Shown here: positions 52,966 to 64,000 of the stretch, piece by piece | Position numbering within the stretch: the first letter of the stretch is position 1 | How the letters are laid out: each line of letters starts with the position of its first letter | Origin: Octopus bimaculoides | Lineage: Eukaryota | Reading direction: 5' to 3' | NCBI RefSeq assembly: GCF_001194135.2 | Contig: NC_069002.1 | Coordinates: 13,294,500-13,358,499 of the forward strand | Length of the DNA stretch: 64,000 nucleotides | Translations under genes and position numbers: made by a program | Notes under the pieces: model-generated | Database searches by the model: none | Told to the model about the DNA's origin: nothing | What the model saw: the letters and a program-made list of their open reading frames with translations, nothing else

Positions 52966-53460
52966 TAGTTTGTAAGGCAATGAGCTGGCAGAGTTGTTAG
53001 CATGCCAGGCAAAAACCTTAACAGCATTTCATTCATCTTTATGTTCTGAGTTCAAATTCTTATTTCTTTACTGCCCACAAGGGGCTAAACATAGAGGGGA
53101 GGGGACAAACAAGGACAGACAAAAGGATTAAGTCGATTATATCGACCCCAGTGCGTAACTGGTACTTAATTTATCGACCCCGAAAGGACAAAAGGCAAAG
53201 TCAACCTCGGTGAAATTTGAACTCAGAATGTAACGGCAGACGATATACCGCTAAGCATTTTGCCCGACGTGCTAACATTTCTGCCAGCTCACCGCCTTTG
53301 AGTTCTGAGTTCAAATTCTGCTGAGGTTGACTTTGCCTTTCATCCTTTCATGGTTGATAAATTAAGTACCAGTGGAACACTGGGGTCAATGTAATCAACT
53401 AGTCCCCTTCTCCCTAAAATTTCCAAGCTTTGTGCTTTTAGTAGAAAGGATTATTATCCA
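52470..53460. mobile_element. Pile-up of about five SINE family B copies with (TTA)n/(TAG)n linkers; one inverted copy at 53062-53298
   Basis: Repeated aaggtggcaagc.../aaggcaatgagctggcag heads on the plus strand. Confidence 0.85.
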
Positions 53461-53936
53461 GTAGTTATATTTCTAGTGTTCTTTCACTGCATAAGCGAAG
53501 CACAGTTCTGTTACATGTTCAGTACGTTGTTGAGTAATTGAAAAATACTCTACATAATGTGTGTGGAGGATTCTTAACAATCCCTGTTCATTATTTCTCT
53601 GAATTAAACGACGACAGAGGAAGAACACATATGATTAACAGTGTTGTTTATACCGTAGTGTACTCAACCCCACGTTGTTTCATATTTTGTATCTTGTATT
53701 CTTCTGTCATCAATCATATAAGCAGTTCACTGGATGCATCTCATTCAACTTCCTTTTCTAACAGAAACTTGACCTTTGTTTTACTAAAGAGAATTAAAAA
53801 GAAAAAAAAACCCATCATTCTTATTTTCTCTCTTCAGCAACCGATAGACATTGGTTGTTAGAGTTACCTCCCTTGCACGATTAAACCTCTTTTTATTAAT
53901 CGACAAAATCTGTAAAGGAAACCAGGATTCCAAATA

Positions 53937-54403
53937 CTGTAAATCCTCGAGTATAATACGCACTTTTTTCCCAAAATTTCTAGTGCGTACTATATACGAG
54001 GTTAAAAATGAAAAATATTTTCTAAGCAAATTTTCTAAGTGATAAATATGTAAAGGCAATTTACTTAATATTTATTTTTTACTGACGTTATTNNNNNNNN
54101 NNNNNNNNNNNNNNNNNNNNNNNNNNNNNNNNNNNNNNNNNNNNNNNNNNNNNNNNNNNNNNNNNNNNNNNNNNNNNNNNNNNNNNNNNNNNNNNNNNNN
54201 NNNNNNNNNNNNNNNNNNNNNNNNNNNNNNNNNNNNNNNNNNNNNNNNNNNNNNNNNNNNNNNNNNNNNNNNNNNNNNNNNNNNNNNNNNNNNNNNNNNN
54301 NNNNNNNNNNNNNNNNNNNNNNNNNNNNNNNNNNNNNNNNNNNNNNNNNNNNNNNNNNNNNNNNNATAATACTCAAGGGCGGACTATACTCGAGGATTTA
54401 CGG
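53937..54403. mobile_element. Tc2/pogo-type MITE spanning an N gap
   Basis: ta|ctgtaaatcctcgagtata ... tatactcgaggatttacgg|ta TIRs. Confidence 0.8.
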
Positions 54404-54896
54404 TATATAGAATGAGATTGCAAGGGGTTTATTTAAAACAATTTTTTTTTTTTTAGGGGTAGAGAAATTTGAAGGAAGGGTTGGGATTTTTTCAGAAATA
54501 TTTATGATACAAGAAAAACAGGTGTAGAAATTCGAAATAAAAATAGGCTTAGTTTATTGAGAATTTGCATCAACACTGGAACATCTATTGTAATAATTTT
54601 GGCAATAAAGCACACACACACAAACATACACAATCATCATTTTAACGTCTACTTTTCCATGCTTGCATGGATCAGAAGTGACTACACTGAGGCAGATATT
54701 TCTACAGCTAAACGCCCTTCTTAGTGCTGGTCCTCGCCTGTTTCCAAGCAAGGTAAATAATCACTCAAGTCCATTGATCAATAAATAACCTCAACAAGGC
54801 TTTGGACAGCCCAAGGTTATATAGCAAGTTCCACCTTGCTGTACTGAACTCAAGACCACATGGTTGGGAAGCAAGCTTCTTATCTCACAACCAAGC

Positions 54897-54939
<43 letters not shown>

Positions 54940-55440
54940 TTATAATACAGAATGGAATGAACAGGCTTTAATCCACATCATAACAACTGATTCAGTGCAT
55001 TAGCACCAACTGTTCATTACTGAGTGTTTCACATATTATACATGTTATCTGGCCATTAAGAATGAAATGTCCAATTTTGAACTGAAGGTTTATTTTACTT
55101 CATCTCAACAAAAAACAATATAGTTAATCAAAGTATGCACCTAAATTACCTAAATATTAATATATAAATATATTATATAAATATATAAATATGGTCCAGC
55201 AATGTCATCAGGTGAATAGCCTTGATCACAATTACTGGTACTACTACCATCTTTTTCATCAACCACAACTGCTTAACCTCCCAAGCTAATCTGTCATATC
55301 TATCAACTTTTTTCTTCCTTATCACATACCTTGTTGTCAGCTGGGCATGCTATATCTATGATCCGGCATTGTTTGCTTTCTTTCTCAATTAACACTATGC
55401 CTGGTTTCCTATTCTATATCTCATGGTCGCACTGAATCAT

Positions 55441-55498
<58 letters not shown>

Positions 55499-56070
55499 GT
55501 TACAAACATAATCACACAGCCACACATGTCAGATACAATTTAACACATTCATACATGTGCAACCCTGTACCACCCCACACACTCACAAATGCACTTACAT
55601 TCCCCATTGTTCACAATGGAAAAGGCTGACACACCCATACTCTTTCACACGTGCATGCACACCTAATAATAGAGGTCAGTAGCCCCATAATAGTAAGTCA
55701 GAGAGAAAAGTTGGGTAAGTACTACTGAGGTTCACTAGGTTACAGCTGCGGTTGTGTGGTAAGAAGTTTGCTTCCTTTGTGCATCTTCTATTGAAGTCGT
55801 AGACCAATCAAAGCCTCGTAAGTGAATTTGTTAAACAGAAACTGAAAGAAGCCTGTTGTGTGTTTGTGTGTGTGTGTGTGTGTGTGTAATGTGCATGTAT
55901 ATAAGGCACAGGTATGGCTGTGTGGTAAGAAGCTTGCTTCCCAACCATATGGTTCTGGGTTCAGTCCCACTGCATGGCACCTTGGGCAAGTGTCTTCTAC
56001 CTTAGCCTCGGGTCAACCAAAGCCTTGTGAGTGGATTTGGTTGACGGAAACTGAAAAAAGCCCATCATAT

Positions 56071-56103
<33 letters not shown>

Positions 56104-56104
<1 letters not shown>

Positions 56105-56305
56105 GAGGAGGTGCTGAAAAGTTCTTGTCTTTGGGTAAAAGAAAATACAGGAGGATCAGTTAATTATGATCTTACTCAACATATTCTCCTCTCAGATTCA
56201 CACTTACTGCACTGGTCCTTTCAGTTTTTCTAAACCCTGTAAAAGAACTTGGAAGATTGGGCCTCCAACTAGGCCTTTTGCAAGGAACTTTTCAGCACTT
56301 GCATG
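56104..56305. mobile_element. Mariner-derived MITE (~200 bp)
   Basis: TIR cores gtgctgaaaagttc / gaacttttcagcac; the minus strand keeps a transposase C-terminal remnant (ggagaatatgttgagtaa, GEYVE*). Confidence 0.75.
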
Positions 56306-56350
56306 TATATATATATATATGTATATATATAAAACCACTTNNNNNNNNNN

Positions 56351-56392
<42 letters not shown>

Positions 56393-56690
56393 AAACCACT
56401 TCTATTTCCTTCCCCTTCTCCCCACCAAACTAATATCCACCCTTGACCACCTCTCCACCCTGGTCCATTATTCATTACATTCACCTCCACCCCCAGCAAC
56501 CGGCTGTCACTCTCCTTTAACATTCTTACAAACCATTCACTCTTCACCTTCCTTTTTCACTATTCTTTCTTAGAATCACCTTTACTGTACCTTCTGAGTG
56601 CACTCTGAAACCTTGTCACCACCACCATTGTCTTCTTTCCAGCTGCTCCCATCCACCCTTATATAATGTGGGGTAACCATATATCTCCTC

Positions 56691-56756
56691 TATAGTGAGA
56701 CACCTGTTCCTGTCTACAGTGAGACACCTGTTCCTGTCTACAGTGAGACACCTGTT
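56691..56756. repeat. 24-bp minisatellite (tacagtgagacacctgttcctgtc), about 2.7 copies
   Basis: Read directly from the sequence. Confidence 0.9.
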
Positions 56757-57003
56757 GTACTTTAACCTCTTGTCACTTGATATAAATCCACCTCCCCTCA
56801 ATACTAGGCCTCTCTTGGGTGAGGGTTCTTGTCTTGTGAGTTACTTGGTGACATCACTGGTGTCATTGTTATGAAAAAAGCACCTGGTACCCAGTCTTCC
56901 AGCTCGTCGGATCCTGTCAAATCATCCAACCCATGCCAGCATGGAAAAAGAGACGTTAAATGATGATGATATATTCAAAGACACTTGCTTATTCATACAG
57001 ATG

Positions 57004-57045
<42 letters not shown>

Positions 57046-60000
57046 TTCTATCTTCTGGGTATTTGTGTAGAACACACAATGCTCTCGGTACTCCGAAGAA
57101 AAGCTGAAAGAATCTAACCTAACATACATGTAAAGCGATATGCACAAGATACATTAAAAAGAACAAATGTCTTTTTATTGATATTCTTTAAAGACTTTTT
57201 GCAGGACCTTCAAGACTAGTGGGGGGAAGAGGGAAGGTTAACCCTTTTGCATTCAGATTTCTTTGTTAAATGTAATGCTTATTTATTCATATTGATATTA
57301 ATTAGTCACACATTATCTCATAGCTTCAAGTTTTCAATGATAAGATTGTTTATCTTTACAATAACATTATAGGGTGAGAGGTTGGGTCTGGCCAGTTTGA
57401 AGATAAAACATAGAGATTATTTTGGCCAGATATGGCCTTTTTAAATTCTTATGCGTTTATTCCTGTAATTACTTCAACTGGATATCAGTGCTGACGAGTG
57501 GGGCCTGTCCAATTAGTAGTGCAACCTTGATAGGCCTTTGTAAGTGTACTACTTCCACTGGGACCTGCTGACAAATTGTGGTGGATTTACGCAAGGAATG
57601 GTGCCCATAGCATGTCAAGTTATTGAGTTAGCTTCAGAATAAAAACTTGGTTTAAATGGAACAAATTCGGCCAAGAGCAACTGAATGTCAGGTGCTATCA
57701 TTAAAATAGGTGATGGATTAGGTTTGTAAAAGGTTGATAGTAGCAATAGAGACTTTAGCCTCTCTCTATGACCTTTCAACAAAATTATATATTAAGAAAC
57801 AGTAGAACAATTAGTAACATGATAAAAATAAGTTTTATTTTTGGTGATGCTTGGCTTTACAAAATCCTGTGTCATTCATACTGGTAGCCGCTGGTTAACA
57901 TGTAATCGACATCTGGATATTAAGAGCTTCGTTGAGGAGTGCCAAAGGAGCAAGTAATTGTCACGTCAAAAGCATCGCGCTAAAGAGGCTTAGAAAGCGC
58001 GCAAAGCGCTTTAAGTACTGGTTTTACTATGCATGCACACTCGAGGGGCTTCCGGGAAGGCAAGTACCTTGCGCATGTGTAGATTGTATTTCCTTAATGG
58101 CGGCCATAATTTCGCACCACTACAAGTTTATGCTTCTTTGTATAAAAATACCTACATGCAATGCTTGCACTGGCAAACAGTCCCCAGTAACAACATCTCA
58201 GGTGATAACACTACACTAAGTACATCACCTGCAATTCTATTACCAAATAATTTCGTGGTAAACCATTTGCATGACACCAGAATCTTCCACGACTGCAATT
58301 TTCCTTGGCTTGAAGGGTCTTCTTCTCAAGCACGACATAATGCCAAAGCTCTCAGTCATTCATCATTGCCTTTGTAAGGTCCAACACTCAAAAGGTACTT
58401 TTCACATGCCACTGGCATTGGCCAGTTTGCCTCCATGAGGTGCTTTTTATGTGCCACCAGCATGAAAGCATGAAAGCTCTAAAGATGCTTTTATGTACCA
58501 CCAGCATGGGTGCCAGTTACGTGACACCAGCATCAGCCATGACTATGATTTCACTTGGCTTGGTGGGTCTTCTCAAGCACAGCGTATTGCCAAAGGTCTT
58601 GGTCACCAGTCCATTGCCTTTGTGAGGCCCAAAGTTCGAAGATCCCAGGGGTAGCCTGTCTTAAATTCCTCTGTTATTGCCTGGAGGACTATGATGAACA
58701 AGAGGGGCCTGAGGACTGATCCTTGGTGAACCCCTACTTGCACCCTGAGTGAACTCACCCATTACATTTTTGGAGTGGTTAGCATTAGGAAGGGCATCCA
58801 GCTGTAGAAACCATGCCAAATGAGACTGGAGTCTGGTGCAACCTTCCAGCTGGCCAGCCCTGGTCAAACTGTCCAACCCATGCCAGCATGGGAAACAGGT
58901 GATAATGTTTATACTGGATTATACAGGTTTATACTGGTTTATACAGGTGCAGGCAGGGCCATGTGGTTTAGAAGTTTGCTTTCCAGCCGCACAGTTTTGA
59001 GCTTATGGTACTTTGGGCAAGAGTCTTCAATTACATCCCTAGCCTAAGCAATTCCTTCTGATTGGGTTTCGTAGACAGAATTTGAATATATCTTATTATT
59101 TTGTGTGTGTGTGTGTGTGTGTGTGTCCCCTCTTGTCTTGACATAGCATGGTAAATTTTAAACAAGTGTCACTATTGTATAAGCAGTTTCCAATTTTCTG
59201 CAGAAACATATCTGGTCATTGGGGAAATATTACAATGCTTGGAAACAGGTGCGAGTTGGCAACAGGAAGGGCATCCAGCTGTAGAAAATCTATCTCAATG
59301 AAATTTCATCTGACCCATGCAAGCATGGAGAAGTAGGTGTTAAAACGACGATGGTGATGGCTACAAGACTAAATAAACACTTGCATCTACCATGGCATCA
59401 CGGTAGAGACAATATTTTTAATTATGACTTCTATAAGAAAACATTGCAATTTGATGACAATAAAGTAAATTCTGTTGTTCAAACTACTTACTACAAAAAT
59501 ATAACAATGTGGCCTTAATTTTAATTATATTTTAATTTGATCTGATGAGAGAATAATGGCAAATAATAAAACATTAACATATCAGTTTATTTAGTGACAG
59601 GAAATGAGTGACAAGTATTTCTAGGAAGAGTCATTTATCTTTTTTTTTGGTTTGCATGACACAAACCATAGTGACAATTCTAAAGGGAGAGAGAGAGGGG
59701 AGAGTGTGTAAGTATGTTAAAATAATGTTATCATTGATGTATATAACCCAAGAAACCTTTTCTGTTCCAGCCCTTCTCTCTCATACTTTACCTCCTCTCA
59801 ATTCCTTATTCTCCTCACATAAGGTTTCCTCTCACCCTCCCTATTCAGGGTTTGTAGTCTTGGAAAATGCATGGTGATCTCACTAGTGCTGGTGTTCACA
59901 ATAAAGTGTGCCCAGTGCAATCTGTAAACTGGCTAGTGTAGGGAGGGCAATCCAGCCACAGAAACCCCTTCCAAAGAAGACCCTGGAGCATGATGTAGCC

Positions 60001-60488
60001 CTTGGTCTCACTGGATCCTATGAAACCATCCAGCCCATGCCAGCATGGAGCACAGACATTAAATAATGGTGATGATGATAATGATGTTTATTTTTGTGAA
60101 ATTACATATCCAAACAATCTAACATTAAATTAAAGGATTACTGAATACATTTTAGTAGAATACCAGTTTGTAATCCGTCAATTAAACTTTTGCATAAAAA
60201 AACTTGACAGTAACTTCAAAGTTTTAGCGTTGTAACACTCCATATTACAATTCAAGACAAAAGCACAATAAATATAAGGTATTGAATCCTACCTGCAAAG
60301 GGACAATAAATATTGAGTCCTATCTGCCCACCCACCCTGTCATTAAATGTTCGGTGGATATTCTTAAACTAATTAAGTGTTATTAGAAGCCTGTCATATA
60401 TATATTTATATGTACATAGGTGCAAGCATAGCTGTAGTAAAAAGTTTGGTTCCCAACCACATGGTTCCAGGTTCAGTCCCACATCATA

Positions 60489-62117
60489 CATGTACATCGC
60501 ACATGTACACCCCTAAAAAATTTCAGTGAAATTGCTGTTACTGTGATAATATCAAAGGAAATCAAATGAAATTTATACTGAATAAAATATATTATACATG
60601 CAAACATTATACAAATTTAGAACACAAAACAGCGAACATTTTCAAAGATTTGAATGAAATATTAAGTTTCAAATGATACAAAAATATGTACACCTTGAAG
60701 GAAATTTGCTATATTCAATATTCTATCCACTTTTTTACTAAATTCAGATGTTGCTGATAGTTTCAATTCTAATAAATTATTCCTCCTGGCATTTTTACAC
60801 CGGCCATTGTTATTGCATCTGCAGGAATTTTGATTTGTGTAAAAAATCTTCTTCATTGTGATTAAAATGGCACCAAAAGGAAAAGAATTGTCTGAAGATT
60901 TGAAGAAAATTATTTTTAATTTAATTTGCGCAAGAATGGTTTCGGATGCAAATTAATTATCTAACGAATACATATTAGCATAAACACAGTTGCCAAAATA
61001 AATCAGAATTACAAAGCTACTGGACGGCTAAGCAATAAACATCGACCAGGTCATCCTTCTAGTTTAACTGTGCATGATATTTGCCATATCCAACATTGTG
61101 TGATGGATGACAGGCGTTGTACTGCTTCATCTTTGGCCCAAGAAGTGTCTTCTGTTAGTGGAAAGTGTGTATCCACTCAAACAGTTTGCTGAAGTTTGAA
61201 CCAGTGTGGTCTTCATGGATGCATTCCTCTTAGGAAGCTTCTCACTACCAGGCGTAAATCAAGTCATCTTTCTTTTGCCGAAACCTGTGTGAGTAAGGGG
61301 AAGGAGTTTGGGAATAAAATTCCTTTTTTTTGATGAGACTAAAATTAACTTGTTTGGGTCAGATGGTATTAAACAAGTATGGTGACGACCAGGTGAAGAT
61401 AATAGCGAACAAATGCACCGTGCCTTCTGTGAAACACAGCAGCAGAAGTGTTATGCTTTGGGGATGCATGAGTGCGGCTGGTGTGTGAGGATTCACATTT
61501 ATTGAGAGAACAATGGATTCAAGGCTTTATTGTGACATATTGCAGAAAACAATGTTGAGAACCATCAAGGACCTAGGAAGACATTCCATGTTCCAACACG
61601 ATAATGACCCTAAACACACTTCAAAGAAGACAGCCAAGCTTTTATCAGGTAAAAAGGTAAAGGTATTGCCTTAGCCTACCATGTCACCTGGTTTAAACCC
61701 TATAGAACATCTGTGGGGTGTTTTAAAAATGAAGGTTGAGGAGAAAAAACCCTGCAACATAACAAGTTGAAAGACATCATTCAGGATGAATGGAGGTTGA
61801 TTTCATTGGTTATATTCAGAAATTTAGTCGACTCTATGTCCAGAAGACTTAATGCAGTCATTGAAAGCAAAGGTGGTCACACCAAATATTGAATATAGCA
61901 AATAAACCTTTAGTGTGTACATATTTTTGAATCGTTTGAAAATTGATATTTCGTTCATATCTTTGAAAATGTTTATTGTTTTGTGTTCCAAATTTGTATA
62001 ATGTCTGCATTTATAATATATTTTATCCAATATAAAGTTCGCTTGATTTCCTTCAATATTATCAGAGTAATGGTAATTTTACTGAATTTTTTAAGGAATA
62101 TACATACTTCTGTGAGA

Positions 62118-62122
<5 letters not shown>
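60489..62122 (+). mobile_element. Full-length decayed Tc1-family transposon with long (~230 bp) inverted repeats
   Basis: TA flanks at 60487-60488 and 62123-62124; left (60489 to ~60720) and right (~61890 to 62122) arms align by eye; encloses a transposase pseudogene. Confidence 0.9.
60867..61892 (+). pseudogene. Tc1 DD34E transposase pseudogene
   Basis: MAPKGKELSEDL...DETKINLFGSDG...VMLWGCMSAAG...FQHDNDPKH...NPIEHLW; exactly 34 codons between the second D and the E; several stops and frameshifts. Confidence 0.93.
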
Positions 62123-62168
<46 letters not shown>

Positions 62169-63464
62169 CAACAGGCTTCTTTCAGTTTCCATTTACCAAA
62201 TCCACTCACAAGTCTACAGTAGAAGACACTTGCCCAAGGTGCTATTCAGTGGGACTGAACCTGGAACCATTATATATATATATGTGTATATTACATAAAA
62301 ATGAATAGAAAAAATGGAGATATACAATTGTCAATTCAAAAATTAAAATTTATTAACATAGTACTATATTATATTATATTCTTATCATAATATAATATAA
62401 TATATATTAAATACAAATTGCATACAATTGTTTTGATTCTTACCTATAATAAAATTATAAAAATCCATTGTTTGTGGATAAGAATCTCTTCGGTGTAATT
62501 TTTGAATATATGAGGATTCACAGAGCCAGGAAAAGACTGAATTTAAATACATTTATGTTTTTAAGTGTTAGCGTCAATAATTAAAAACAAAGATGAAAAA
62601 TAAAAAGTAAACTAATATAACGGCCATAAAATATATTTCGTTATCATCATCAATCATCCTGGCATGATTTGAACTCATAACACAATACTAAACAGCATCT
62701 CATCCACTGTTCAGCATTATTTTTTTCATATTCCTACTAATATAAGCACTTCTATGTCATATAACATCATCGTCATTTAACATCTGTTGTCCATGCTGGC
62801 ATGGGTTGGACGGTTTGGCTGGGCTGGCATACTGGAAGGCTGCACCAGACTCCAGTTGATTTGGCATGGTATTTCTACAGCTGGATGCCCTTCCTAACGC
62901 CAACCATTCTGAGAGTCTAATGAGTGCTATTATGTACCACCGGCACGGGTGCCATATGCATGACACCGGCGTACTTTTGCATGACATCAGTGTCTGCCAC
63001 AACTGTGATTTTGCTCGGCTTGATGGGTCTTCTTCTCAAGCATGACATAATGCCAATGGTCTTGGTCATTGCCTCTGTGAAGCCCAACACTCGATAGGAA
63101 CTCAGCCACTTTGCCTCCATGAGGGAAAATGTTTGTATACTATTAGTTATTTTAATCTAACTATATCTTAGAGCATTAGTTTTTTTAATACCAGGAACAA
63201 TATTTAAAAATATATTTTTAAAAAGCATTTAAGAAAAAAACATGGCGAAATAAGAAATAACCTTTTCATTCTTTATTAAAAATACATGCTATTATAATAA
63301 CAATTCGCTATTTATCTATCTGTAAATAGCAAAATGATATATTTAAAATACTTTATCTTCTCTGGTCAAATAGCAAATAATAATATTGATTACTTTGCAT
63401 TAATTATTTATTATAATCATTACTAAAAATCAAAGATTAATAATTAATAATTAAAAATTACATA

Positions 63465-63485
63465 GTTTGTATGTGTGTGTGCGTA

Positions 63486-63516
<31 letters not shown>

Positions 63517-63551
63517 GTATAGATAGATGTATGTGTATATATGTGTGTATG

Positions 63552-63583
<32 letters not shown>

Positions 63584-63621
63584 TGAATGTGAATGTATTT
63601 ATATAGATGTATATATGTGTG

Positions 63622-63671
<50 letters not shown>

Positions 63672-63713
63672 TGTATGTGAATGTATTTATATAGATGTAT
63701 ATATGTGTGTATG

Positions 63714-63764
<51 letters not shown>

Positions 63765-63820
63765 ACACTTATGTATGTGAATGTATTTTTATGTATATAT
63801 GTATATGTATCTATCTACTC
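63465..63820. repeat. Compound TG/TA microsatellite with a higher-order repeat unit
   Basis: atgtgaatgtatttatatagatgtatatatgtgtgtatg recurs between (TA)n runs. Confidence 0.9.
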
Positions 63821-64000
63821 ACACACATTGTATTTGTGAATGCTATAATTCCGGTGAACACTATTCATTCTCATTCTCTATTAAGTGTTGTTAAATATTA
63901 TGGGTTCTTGGTATTCACATTTCCTGTTTGTTAAATCCTGTTTCATCTGAGATCAATAACTACACTCGAAATGACTCTCCCTCTCAAATTTATAAGAATT

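Noticed and set aside
8443-54376. Long ORFs in the track that are mostly X (e.g. 18852-19913, 30713-31552, 44404-45651)
   Set aside because: They are open only because N runs contain no stop codons
56322-56400. Duplicated tatatataaaaccactt on both sides of a 10-N gap
   Set aside because: Typical contig-end overlap artefact
57460-57620. Candidate next (PTB-domain) exon of the PH gene
   Set aside because: Stops in all plus-strand frames within a short distance and no PTB motif

Overview
AT-rich, repeat-dense animal genomic DNA with many N gaps. The SINE families and microsatellite load point to an octopus (coleoid cephalopod) draft assembly; that assignment is inferred from recalled repeat families, not from a search. 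Almost all of the ORF track is artefact (N runs, microsatellites, SINEs). The only well-supported host coding sequence is two phase-compatible plus-strand exons (48113-48269 and 50352-50531) that splice into a complete IRS/Dok/Gab-like PH domain; the other exons of this gene were not found. The rest is at least five SINE-like families, RTE and RLE-type LINE fragments, a full-length decayed Tc1 (DD34E), two decayed mariners and several TA-flanked MITEs. The most unusual object is at 6082-7351. It is a ~1.1 kb LTR followed not by a normal 18-nt tRNA-Trp primer-binding site but by a 50-nt reverse copy of mature tRNA-Trp (CCA end through position 27), then a fold-back and a 95-bp inverted copy of the LTR. 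It looks like a fossil reverse-transcription intermediate, or possibly an undescribed non-autonomous element. No rRNA, intact tRNA gene or CRISPR array was seen.
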